Shown in pieces: positions 37,526-46,629 of a DNA stretch of 64,000 bases. A program made the position numbers and the translations under genes. Position 1 is the first letter of the stretch, and the number at the start of each line of letters is the position of its first letter. The notes beneath the pieces were generated by a model that was not told where the DNA came from, did not search any database, and saw only the letters and a program-made list of their open reading frames with translations. The DNA comes from an uncultured Gemmatimonadales bacterium (GTDB lineage Bacteria; Gemmatimonadota; Gemmatimonadetes; Gemmatimonadales; GWC2-71-9), in the NCBI GenBank assembly GCA_963795085.1, contig CAWCFX010000001.1, positions 736,001 to 800,000 of the forward strand, read 5' to 3'.

Positions 37526-38170
37526 TCAGGGGATGCCGAGAAGCTTATGCGTTTGGAGGCTCAAGCGCCATTCGGGGTGGGCCAGGCAATACTCGACGGC
37601 CAGCCGGGTGGTGGCATCCTTGTCGGGACCGTCCATGGGCTGAAGAAAGAAATGCTGGAAGGCGAGGCGCCGGTACCGTTCCGGTTCCGCGCCCGGCTGG
37701 GGGAAAACCAGCTTCAGCTCGTGGCCCTCCGTCAGGACGAGTGGGGCGCCGGCTTTGGGGCTGACGCAGATCCAGTCCAGCCCCGGGGGCGCTGGCTGGG
37801 TTCCGTTGGTCTCCACCGCCACCTCCAACCCGGTGGCGTGAAAGGCGTCGATCAGGGCGCTATTGAGCTGGAGCAGGGGTTCGCCCCCGGTGCAGACGAT
37901 GTAGGGACGGCCCCCGGATGACCTGGCGCCGTTTGTCCAGGTGTCGATCGCGGCCCCGGCGAGGGCCCCGGCGGTGGCGAACTTGCCGCCTCCCGGTCCC
38001 TCGGTGCCGACGAAATCGGTGTCGCAGAACTGGCAGACCGCCTGGTGCCGGTCCTCCTCCCGGCCAGTCCAGAGATTACACCCGGCGAAGCGGCAGAACA
38101 CAGCCGCCCGTCCCGCCTGGGCGCCCTCGCCCTGGAGGGTGTAGAAGAGTTCCTTGACGGCGTAAGACAC
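37526..38170 (-). CDS. queE: 7-carboxy-7-deazaguanine synthase (radical SAM, Cx14CxxC type)
   Basis: KELFYTLQGEG, CNLW-x11-CQFCDTDF, TGGEPLLQ, VETNGT, WRLSLQTHK; GTG start 38170. Confidence 0.95.
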   Translation of the reverse strand: MSYAVKELFYTLQGEGAQAGRAAVFCRFAGCNLWTGREEDRHQAVCQFCDTDFVGTEGPGGGKFATAGALAGAAIDTWTNGARSSGGRPYIVCTGGEPLLQLNSALIDAFHATGLEVAVETNGTQPAPPGLDWICVSPKAGAPLVLTEGHELKLVFPQPGAEPERYRRLAFQHFFLQPMDGPDKDATTRLAVEYCLAHPEWRLSLQTHKLLGIP

Positions 38171-38181
38171 AGGGGGAAGAT

Positions 38182-38306
38182 AATTGAGGGAATTGGGAAA
38201 TTGAGGGAATGTTGGAATTGAATCAAATTCCCTCAATTCCCTCAATTCCCTCAATTCCCTCAATTCCCTCAATTCCCTCAATTCCCTCAATTCCCTCAAT
38301 TCCCTC
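38182..38306. repeat. Nonamer repeat (AATTCCCTC)x9 with a short inverted arm
   Basis: Nine perfect units at 38226-38306; inverted aattgaggg units at 38182-38207; same unit as 25788. Confidence 0.95.
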
Positions 38307-38994
38307 CCCCATATTTCCCCGGGTCGGTCATCCCCGCCTCCTGAAATCCCTGGAGCCGCAGCAGGCAGGCGTCGCAGCGGCCGCAGGCGAGGCCGTCCGG
38401 CGCGGCCGTGTAGCAACTGATCGTCATTCCATAATCCACGCCCAGTGCGCCGCCGCGCTGGATGATCTGTGCCTTGCTGAGATTGATGAGCGGGGTGTGG
38501 ATACTGAAGCGGCGGCCTTCAACGCCTGCCCGGGTGGCCAGGTTTGCCACCTGCTCGAAGGCGGCAATGAACTCGGGCCGGCAGTCTGGGTAGCCGCTGT
38601 AGTCCACCGCGTTCACCCCGATGAAAATGTCCTGCGCCCCGAGCACTTCGGCCCAGCCCAGGGCATAGGAGAGAAAAATGGTATTGCGGGCCGGGACGTA
38701 GGTCACCGGGATTTCGCCGGCCGTCTCCAGGGGAGACCGATCCAGCGGAACCTCCAGGTCCGAGGTGAGCGCCGACCCCCCCCAGGCACGAAGGTCGATC
38801 TGCGCCACGATGTGGCGAGCCACCCGCTGCGACTCGGCTACCCGTCGGGCGGCCGCCACCTCGGCCGCGTGCCGCTGGCCGTAGTCGAAACTCAGGGCGT
38901 AGGTCTCGAATCCATCGGTGCGGGCGATCGCCAGGACCGTCGCCGAATCGAGCCCGCCGCTCAGGAGCACCACCGCCTTCTGGGGAGGAACCAT
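38296..38994 (-). CDS. queC: 7-cyano-7-deazaguanine synthase
   Basis: [40 protein letters not shown]. Confidence 0.96.
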   Translation of the reverse strand: MVPPQKAVVLLSGGLDSATVLAIARTDGFETYALSFDYGQRHAAEVAAARRVAESQRVARHIVAQIDLRAWGGSALTSDLEVPLDRSPLETAGEIPVTYVPARNTIFLSYALGWAEVLGAQDIFIGVNAVDYSGYPDCRPEFIAAFEQVANLATRAGVEGRRFSIHTPLINLSKAQIIQRGGALGVDYGMTISCYTAAPDGLACGRCDACLLRLQGFQEAGMTDPGKYGGGN

Positions 38995-39012
38995 GGGGGA
39001 AATAAAACCGGA

Positions 39013-39906
39013 TCAGCCCTCCAGCACATGCTCGAGCGCGGGACCCAGCTCAGGGTAGCGAAAGCGATACCCTTCCTGCTCGAGCCGGAGCGGCGCCACC
39101 CGCGCGCTGGCCAGCAGGGTTTCCCGGGGCATGTCCCGCCCGTACAGGATGTTGAGCGCCAGCGTGGGTACCGGAATGAGGGCCGGCCGGTTGAGCGCCC
39201 CGCCGAGGGCCCGGGTGAAATCCTCGTTGCGGACCGCGCCGGGCGCCGTAAAATTGACCGGACCGGAGATGGACTCGTTGTCGAGCAGATAGACCAGGGC
39301 GGCGGTGAGGTCGTCGAGGGCGATCCAGCTCATCCACTGCCGCCCGGATCCGAGCCGGCCGCCGAGGCCGAGCCTGAAGGGGGTCAGCATCTTCTCGAGG
39401 GCGCCGCCCCGCCGGGTGAGCACGATGCCGAAACGGGGGTGTACCACCCGGATCCCCGCTTCCCGGGCGGGACCGGCCGCGGCTTCCCACTCCTCGGCCA
39501 GCCGGGGCAGGAAGCCGTCGCCGGCGAGGCTGGATTCGGTGAGGATCTCGTCGCCCCGGTCGCCGTAATAGCCGACCGCCGAGACGGAGATGAAGATCGC
39601 CGGGCGGGTCGGGAGCCCGGCCAGCCGCTGGGCAAGGAGACGCGTCGTGGAGAGCCGGCTCTCCCGGATTTCCTGCCGGGCTTCGCCGGTCCACCGGGTG
39701 GCGATGTTGGCCCCCGCCAGGTTGATGGCGCCGTCGAACCCGGCGAGGGCCGCCGGGTCGAGGGTTCCCGTCGCCGGGTCCCAGGAGATTTCGCCGGGCC
39801 GGGCCGGGCGCCGGACCAGCGGCACCGCAGTGTGGCCGGCCATTGCGAGCACTGGAAGCAAGGCCTGGCCTATCATTCCGCTGGATCCGGCGATGGCTAT
39901 CTTCAT
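39013..39906 (-). CDS. TIGR01777 family NAD-dependent epimerase/oxidoreductase (YfcH-like)
   Basis: IAGSSGMIG, INLAGANIA.RWT, SAVGYYG, GGRLGSGRQWMSWI. Confidence 0.92.
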   Translation of the reverse strand: MKIAIAGSSGMIGQALLPVLAMAGHTAVPLVRRPARPGEISWDPATGTLDPAALAGFDGAINLAGANIATRWTGEARQEIRESRLSTTRLLAQRLAGLPTRPAIFISVSAVGYYGDRGDEILTESSLAGDGFLPRLAEEWEAAAGPAREAGIRVVHPRFGIVLTRRGGALEKMLTPFRLGLGGRLGSGRQWMSWIALDDLTAALVYLLDNESISGPVNFTAPGAVRNEDFTRALGGALNRPALIPVPTLALNILYGRDMPRETLLASARVAPLRLEQEGYRFRYPELGPALEHVLEG

Positions 39907-39952
39907 GACATCCGCTCCTGCTCGAGAATTCATTCCTCAGAAAGTAGCGCCC

Positions 39953-40465
39953 TTGATCACCCACAGGCGTTTCCGCGCCGGCGTGACGATCCCGGTGCTG
40001 GCTCTCTTCGTGGCCTGCCATGGCGGGAGAGCCGCACAGGGCCAGGAGCTGGCCTGCCGGGTGGCCCGGGTCAGCGATGGTGACTCATTTTACTGCGAGG
40101 GAGCCAAAAGGGTCCGGCTGACCGGTATTGATGCGCCGGAACTGGCCCAGGGCGCGATTGGGGACCAGGCTCGAGCGGCCCTTGTCGCCCTGATGCCCCC
40201 CGGAGCCGAGGTCACGCTGGAACTGGACGTCGCCCCGGAGGACCGCTACGGCCGGACTCTCGCATATGTGTGGCGGGATGGGAACATGGTCAACCGCGAG
40301 ATGGTGCGGCGGGGATGGGCGATGCTCTACACCGTGCCACCCAATGTCCGGCACGTCGAGCTGCTGCGGGCGGCGCAGGACTCCGCCCGGGGCGAGGCGG
40401 CCGGACACTGGAAGGACGGGGGATTCACCTGCCCGCCGGCCGAACACCGGCGGGGCAGGTGTTGA
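39953..40465 (+). CDS. Thermonuclease (SNase-like), probably lipoprotein
   Basis: VSDGDS, VRLTGIDAPE, DRYGRTLAYV, VPPNVRH; start uncertain (TTG 39953 or GTG 39983). Confidence 0.88.
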   Translation: MITHRRFRAGVTIPVLALFVACHGGRAAQGQELACRVARVSDGDSFYCEGAKRVRLTGIDAPELAQGAIGDQARAALVALMPPGAEVTLELDVAPEDRYGRTLAYVWRDGNMVNREMVRRGWAMLYTVPPNVRHVELLRAAQDSARGEAAGHWKDGGFTCPPAEHRRGRC

Positions 40466-40475
40466 GGGTGCCGGG

Positions 40476-41315
40476 TTAGCTGACCGCCACTTCGTTGACC
40501 ATCCCGTGCAGGAAGTGGGGTTTGCCATCCTTGCTGTCCGGGACGAAACAGACGAAGCCGTACTTGCCCGGAGTAAAGTCGTGGGTGATATAGGCCACCT
40601 GCCCCGGTGAAAGGCCGGCGATGCCTTCGACCAGCTTGCCGGGAAGCGGGCCATCCATCTTCTCGGCTGCCCGCAACCAGTCCTGGATAGTGGCGGCCGA
40701 ATCGAGCCGGACCATGACCAGTTCGTGGGGCTGGCCGGCCGTATTCCGGATTTCGATCGTGTGGGTGCCGGGGGTGATAGGCGTGGACCACTCGAAGCCA
40801 TAGTCCACCAGGGTCAGCGTGAGCCCGGCCGTGGGGGCCGGCGCGGCCGGGCCGGTGGCCGGGACCACGGTGAGGCCCCGCATCATGCCCTTGGCGACAT
40901 GGGGCTGACCGTCAGGCGACGGAATAACACAGAAGAACACGTAGTTGCCGCTGTCCACCGCCATCGTGGCGGAGAGTGTGTCACCCGGCTCCGCGGCGTT
41001 GGGACCGCCCACCATGACGGCCCAGGCGGGAAGGCTGTGTTCGCCGCCGGCCATGGCCTGCTGGAAGTCCTGCATGGTCTTGCCCTGGTCGAGCCGGACC
41101 AGGAACATGTGGTGGGCTTCCTTGCCGATGTTGGCGAGCCGGAAGGTGGTCATTCCCGCCGCGATGGTGTCGGGGCCGGTATAGGAATAATCGGCGGAGG
41201 AAAAGGTCACCGTCTGCGGCGCGGGCGGAGTGGCCGCGTCCTCTTTGGTGTCCGGGCGGCTGCATCCGCCCAGGACCAGGGCTGCGAGCGTGAGTCGTAA
41301 GGTCGTCTGGCGCAC
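40476..41315 (-). CDS. Lipoprotein with two tandem cupredoxin-like domains
   Basis: Lipobox LGGC; H..CVIPSPDGQPHVAKGM and H..CFVPDSKDGKPHFLHGM. Confidence 0.8.
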   Translation of the reverse strand: MRQTTLRLTLAALVLGGCSRPDTKEDAATPPAPQTVTFSSADYSYTGPDTIAAGMTTFRLANIGKEAHHMFLVRLDQGKTMQDFQQAMAGGEHSLPAWAVMVGGPNAAEPGDTLSATMAVDSGNYVFFCVIPSPDGQPHVAKGMMRGLTVVPATGPAAPAPTAGLTLTLVDYGFEWSTPITPGTHTIEIRNTAGQPHELVMVRLDSAATIQDWLRAAEKMDGPLPGKLVEGIAGLSPGQVAYITHDFTPGKYGFVCFVPDSKDGKPHFLHGMVNEVAVS

Positions 41316-41409
41316 GGAAGATCCTTGTGTAATGGGGCCGACAATCTGCAGAATTGTGCGCCCGAACGCCAGTGGGCGTGGCTCAACTTCCTCCTTCCCG
41401 GACCGAACC

Positions 41410-43304
41410 ATGAACCGTTATCTCCTCCCGCTGGCTCTCGTCGCCGGCCTGGCCCAGCCGCTCTGCGCCCAGGTCCAGGATTCGTCGCCGTTCCGGGCGC
41501 TGGAACTGCCGGCCCCCACCGAGATGCGGTTGGGCTCGGGCCGGCCCGGCCCCCGCTATTGGCAGCAGCGGGCCGACTACCGGATCCGGGCGGTCCTGGA
41601 TCCCGATGCGGGCGAGCTCGTGGGCGAGGAGATCATCCGCTACACCAACAACAGTCCAACGGCGCTGGGGTACCTGTGGCTGCACCTGGAACAGAACATG
41701 TGCGACCCGGGCAGCGTGACCAACCAGCTGAACCAGCCCCCGCTGGTCTTCCTGGGTTCCACCTTCGATTTCTCCTGCAAATCATTTTCCGGGGGACTGG
41801 CGCTGGAACGGGTGCGTGCCGGGGGCCGCGACCTGGCCTCCATGATCTCCGGCGCCACGGTTCGGCTCGACCTCGCCGAACCGCTGGCGTCCGGGTCTTC
41901 GGTGGAGCTCGACATCGCCTGGCGCTTCCGGGTGCCGCCGTACGGCGGGGGGCGGATGGGCCGGGACGGCAGCCTCTTCGAGATCGCCCAGTGGTACCCC
42001 CGCCTGGCGGTGTACGATGATGTCCGGGGATGGAACCACGAGCCCTACATCGGCGCGGGAGAGTTCTATCTCGAGTATGGAAGCTTTGACGTGGCCCTCA
42101 CGCTCCCCGCCGCCTACGTGGTCGCCGCGACCGGCCAGCTGCAGAACCCGGGTGAGGTGCTGACCGGGCCGCAACGGGACCGGCTGGCGCTGGCGGCCCG
42201 CTCGGATACGGCGATCGCGGTGATCACCGCGGCGGAGGCCGGCCATGCCGCGGCCACCCGGCCCACCGCCACGGGGACTCTCACCTGGCGGTTCACCGCC
42301 GACAGCGTCCGCGACTTTGCCTTCGCCGCGGCGCCGAACTTCCGGTGGGATGCGAGCGGCTACCGGGGCATCCTGGTGCATACGCTCTACCGCCCGGAGG
42401 CCGCCCTGTGGACCGAATCCAACCGGATGGTGCGGGAGGCGCTCCGGTACTTCAGCGAACAGTGGTATCCCTATCCCTATTCTCACATCAGCAGCATCGA
42501 GGGCCCGGTTGAGGGCATGGAGTATCCCATGCTGACCTTCGACCCCACCGGCCCTACCCGGGAGGACCTGCACTGGGTGCTGGCCCACGAGCTGGGCCAC
42601 CAGTGGGTGCCGATGATCGTGGGGTCCAATGAGCGGCTCTATCCGTGGATGGACGAAGGGTTCAACACGTTCATCGACCTCGCCAATGCCGCGCAGTATT
42701 TCGCGGGGACGCCGTACGGAGACTCGATCGAGTGGAATTCACGCCGGATCTATCCCGAGCACGCGGTGCCCGGGCAGGAACAGCCCCTGATTGCCCGCCC
42801 GGTCGAAGTCAAGGATCTCTTCTGGGTGGGCTACCAGAAGCCGGCGCTGATGCTGCAACAGCTGCGGTACGAAGTGCTGGGCAAGGAGCGGTTCGACTTT
42901 GCCTTCCGGGAATATCTCCGGGCCTGGGCGTACAAGCATCCGACGCCGGCGGATTTCTTCCGGATCATGCGGGATGCCTCGGGGGTGGACCTCGACTGGT
43001 TCTGGCGGGGCTGGGTCCTCACGACCGCCCGGCTGGACCAGGCGGTGGATTCGGTCGTCAGCCGGGGGAAACCACCCGGATCTTCCTGAGCAACCGGGGC
43101 AGCATGGTGATGCCGCTCGAGATGGCCATCACCCGGCAGGGCGGCGGCGTTGAGACGGTCCGGCTGCCGGTGGAGATGTGGAACCAGGGACCCCGGTTCG
43201 TCCATGCCATCACCGGAGGCGGCCGGGTGACGCGGGTGATGGTGGACCCGCGACACGCCCTGACCGATACCCGGCGGGCGAACAACCGCTGGCCGCGCCG
43301 GTAA
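41410..43304 (+). pseudogene. Secreted M1 family aminopeptidase with a frameshift near 43064-43071
   Basis: YWQQRADY, AQWYPR, GMEYP, HELGH-x18-E (WMDEGF); main frame stops at 43089 while a plausible C-terminus (RIFLSNRGSMVMP..VDP..D..RANN) continues in the -1 frame to 43304. Confidence 0.8.
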
Positions 43305-43321
43305 CCTCCCGCCCCGGGCGC

Positions 43322-44404
43322 TTACTTCTGCAGGGCCCGGCGGACCTGGATGAGCTCGGAGATGTTCTCGCTGCTGAGGACGCCGATGAGTTGCCCCTGG
43401 GCGTCCACCACCGGCAGTGCCGGCGTGCCGCTGGCGCGAAGCCGGGTCAGCGCCTCGTCAAACCCGAGCTCCGGGTGGAGCAGGGGTATGTTCGCCGTCA
43501 TGGCTTCCTGGACGGTGGACTGAGGTCCCCGCGCGGCCAGGCCCTGAATGAGGTTCTCCCGGCTCAGCATGCCTTCGATCCGCCCGTCGTTGTCGAGGGC
43601 CGGAAACTCGCGCTGGTTCCCTTCCAGCAGCATGGCCACGGCGACTTCCAGCCGGGCGTGCACCGGGATGGTGCGGAACCGGGTCATCATCATGTCGGCG
43701 ACCCGGACCCCGAGCCCCGCCGTCTTCTGCTCCACCGCCGCTACCTCGGCGCCGGCGCCCAGGAAGACGAAGAAGGCGATCAGCACCAGGACAAAATGAT
43801 TGGTGACCAGCCCGTACATGCCGCCGGCGAAGGCCAGCAACTGGCCCACCGCAGCGGCGGTGCGGGTGGCCCGGGGCAGCCCCCACTTCATCGCCAGGAT
43901 CGATCGCAGCATGCGCCCGCCGTCCATCGGGAACGCGGGCAGCAGGTTGAAGTAGAGCAGCATGAAGTTGACATGCATCAGCAGGCCCGCGCCCGAGTCC
44001 GCGTCGAGGTCGAGGGTGAAGATGGCGGGCTCGGCGCCGGACGCCCGCAGGTAGGCATAGAACCCCAGCGCGATCAGCAGCGTGACCAGCGGACCCGCGA
44101 CGGCGATGAGAAACTCCTGGCGCGGCTGTTCCGGCATGCGCTCGAGGCGGGCCAGGCCGCCGATGGGAAGCAGGATCACATCGGGCGTGCGGATCCCGAA
44201 CCGGCGGGCCATGGCGATGTGGCCGAACTCGTGCAGCAGCACACATCCGAACACCGCCAGGATGAACCCGACGGTCAGCAGCAGCTCCGGCATGCCCCCG
44301 GACTGGTAACCGCCCAGGCCATAGAAGCCGAGCAGCATGAGAAAGGTGACGTGGACTTTGACGTCGGTGCCGGCGACACGGAAAATGCGATAGCTCCAGG
44401 ACAT
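43322..44404 (-). CDS. Site-2 protease (M50) with C-terminal CBS domains
   Basis: HEFGH, PIGGLA, IAVAGP, FNLLPAFPMDGGR, two CBS-like repeats. Confidence 0.93.
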   Translation of the reverse strand: MSWSYRIFRVAGTDVKVHVTFLMLLGFYGLGGYQSGGMPELLLTVGFILAVFGCVLLHEFGHIAMARRFGIRTPDVILLPIGGLARLERMPEQPRQEFLIAVAGPLVTLLIALGFYAYLRASGAEPAIFTLDLDADSGAGLLMHVNFMLLYFNLLPAFPMDGGRMLRSILAMKWGLPRATRTAAAVGQLLAFAGGMYGLVTNHFVLVLIAFFVFLGAGAEVAAVEQKTAGLGVRVADMMMTRFRTIPVHARLEVAVAMLLEGNQREFPALDNDGRIEGMLSRENLIQGLAARGPQSTVQEAMTANIPLLHPELGFDEALTRLRASGTPALPVVDAQGQLIGVLSSENISELIQVRRALQK

Positions 44405-44547
44405 GGGGGAAGGATAACGGGATTGGCTATGCCGGGTGCCGGCCGCCCATCGCCGGGGATCCGGGCCTTCCGCCAACTGCCATCCCCAAAGCCCCGCCAT
44501 TATATTTCCGCCGAACCTCCAGCTGGAGCCGTACCATAGCCACTTCT

Positions 44548-46491
44548 GTGCCCGCCACCCCGGCCGCTCCGGCCGCGACCCCGGCCACCCCGCCGGGATG
44601 GACCATCAAGGATTCCGAAAAGCTCTACAACATGAGCGGCTGGGGCATGGGGTTCTTCCGCATCAACGCTGATGGCCACGTCGCGGTGCACCCGGACCGC
44701 AATCCCAAGCGGGGCCTGGACCTGTACCAGTTGGCCACCGACCTGACCGCCCAGGGGGTCGGCCTGCCGCTCCTCCTCCGGTTCTCGGATATTCTCCGGG
44801 CCCGCATCGAGATGCTGGCGGGCGCCTTCCAGAGTGCCATCAAGGAGTTCGAGTACGAGGGTTCCTACACGACGGTGTATCCCATCAAGGTGAACCAGCA
44901 GCGGCACGTCGTGCAGGAAATCGTCGAGTTCGGTGCGCCGTTCGGGGTCGGGCTCGAGTGCGGCAGCAAGGGAGAATTGCAGGCCATCCTGGGCCTTTCC
45001 GACGCCAGCAACCATCTCATCGTCTGCAACGGGTACAAGGACGAGGAGTTCATGCGGCTGGCGCTGATGGGGCACAAGGTGGGCCACACGGTGATGATCG
45101 TGCTGGAACAGCCCAACGAGCTGGACGTGCTGCTCAAGGTGGCCGCCGATATGGACGTCACGCCCACGGTCGGGGTGCGGATCAAGCTGGCCAGCGAGGG
45201 GGCCGGGCGGTGGGCCAAGAGCGGCGGCGAGAAGAGCAAGTTCGGCCTCTCCCCCGTCGAACTGATGAAGCTGCTGGACAAGCTGGAGACGCTGGGCCGG
45301 AAGGACGTGCTCAAGCTGGTTCACTTCCACCTCGGCAGCCAGATCACCGATATCCGCTACATCAAGGCCGGCCTGGAAGAGGTGGCCCGCTACTACGGCG
45401 AGCTGCGGCGGATGGGGTTTTCGATCGACTATGTCGATGTGGGCGGCGGGCTGGGTGTGGACTATGACGGTTCCCGCTCCACCCGCCCGGCCAGCGTCAA
45501 CTACACGATGCGGGAGTACGCCAACGACGTCGTCTATGTCATCGGCACGGCCTGCCGGTCGGCCGGCATCCCGATGCCGCACTTGATCTCGGAGTCGGGG
45601 CGGGCCATTACGGCGCACCATTCGCTGCTCCTCATCAACGTCATCGACGTCGAGTCCCAGAGCGAGCTGGCGGTCCCCGAACTGGGCAAGAAGCCGCACT
45701 CGCTGCTCAAGGAGATGGCCGAGAACCTGGAGAGCATGAGCCTGGAGCGGGCCCAGGAAGTGGCCCATGACGCCACCTTCGCCAAGGAGCGGGCCCAGGA
45801 ACTGTTTGCGAGCGGGGTGTTGAGCCTGCCCGAGCGGGCCCACGCGGAACAGCTCTTCCTGGCCACCCTGACCGGCCTGGTCCGGCTGATCGGAGAGGAC
45901 AAGGCGGCCTACGCCGAGATCATGGCCGATATCGATCCCATCCTGGTGGACCGCTATTTCTGCAATTTCTCCCTTTTCCAGTCATTGCCCGACAACTGGG
46001 CGATCGACCAGCTCTTCCCGATCATGCCCATCCACCGGCTGGCGGAGGCGCCCACCCGGCGGGGCACCCTGCAGGACGTGACCTGCGATTCCGATGGCAA
46101 GATCGAGCGGTTTGCGGGCGGGCGGAAAGGCAAACCCTCGCTGGAACTGCACCCGTACCGGGAGGATCAGCCCTACATCCTGGGCATCTTCCTCACGGGG
46201 GCGTACCAGGAAATCCTGGGCGACCTGCACAACCTGTTCGGCGATACCAACGCGGTGCACGTCCGGCTCAAGGAGCACGGTTATGAGATCACCGACCTGG
46301 TCCACGGCGACACCGTGACCGAAGTCCTCAACTATGTCCAGTTCCATGCCCAGGACCTGCTGGCCACCTTCCGCCGCAAGGTGAGCACGGCGCGGGGCCT
46401 GACGCGGCAGGAGGCGAATACGTTCATCGCCGACTACGTCGCGGGCCTGGAGGGCTATACGTACCTGGAAGGGGAGGTGCCGGCCGAATAG
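44548..46491 (+). CDS. speA: Biosynthetic arginine decarboxylase
   Basis: VYPIKVNQ, CNGYKD, SGGEKSKFGL, HFHLGSQI, DVGGGLGVDYDG, SESGRA, TCDSDG, GAYQEILG; true start may be ATA 44536. Confidence 0.96.
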   Translation: MPATPAAPAATPATPPGWTIKDSEKLYNMSGWGMGFFRINADGHVAVHPDRNPKRGLDLYQLATDLTAQGVGLPLLLRFSDILRARIEMLAGAFQSAIKEFEYEGSYTTVYPIKVNQQRHVVQEIVEFGAPFGVGLECGSKGELQAILGLSDASNHLIVCNGYKDEEFMRLALMGHKVGHTVMIVLEQPNELDVLLKVAADMDVTPTVGVRIKLASEGAGRWAKSGGEKSKFGLSPVELMKLLDKLETLGRKDVLKLVHFHLGSQITDIRYIKAGLEEVARYYGELRRMGFSIDYVDVGGGLGVDYDGSRSTRPASVNYTMREYANDVVYVIGTACRSAGIPMPHLISESGRAITAHHSLLLINVIDVESQSELAVPELGKKPHSLLKEMAENLESMSLERAQEVAHDATFAKERAQELFASGVLSLPERAHAEQLFLATLTGLVRLIGEDKAAYAEIMADIDPILVDRYFCNFSLFQSLPDNWAIDQLFPIMPIHRLAEAPTRRGTLQDVTCDSDGKIERFAGGRKGKPSLELHPYREDQPYILGIFLTGAYQEILGDLHNLFGDTNAVHVRLKEHGYEITDLVHGDTVTEVLNYVQFHAQDLLATFRRKVSTARGLTRQEANTFIADYVAGLEGYTYLEGEVPAE

Positions 46492-46492
46492 T

Positions 46493-46629
46493 CAGTGGGA
46501 CAGTGGGACAGTGGGACAGGTGGGACAGTGGGACAGTGGGACAGTGGGACAGTGGGACAGTAGGACAGTAGGACAGTAGGACAGTAGGACAGTGGGACAG
46601 TGGGACAGTGGGACAGTGGGACAGTGGAG
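46493..46629 (+). repeat. Octamer VNTR (CAGTRGGA)x17
   Basis: Eight CAGTGGGA-type units (one with an extra G), four CAGTAGGA, four CAGTGGGA, one CAGTGGAG; fills the convergent spacer. Confidence 0.97.

Noticed and set aside
46493..46629. Possible CRISPR array
   Set aside because: Contiguous 8-mers with no unique spacers and no cas genes.
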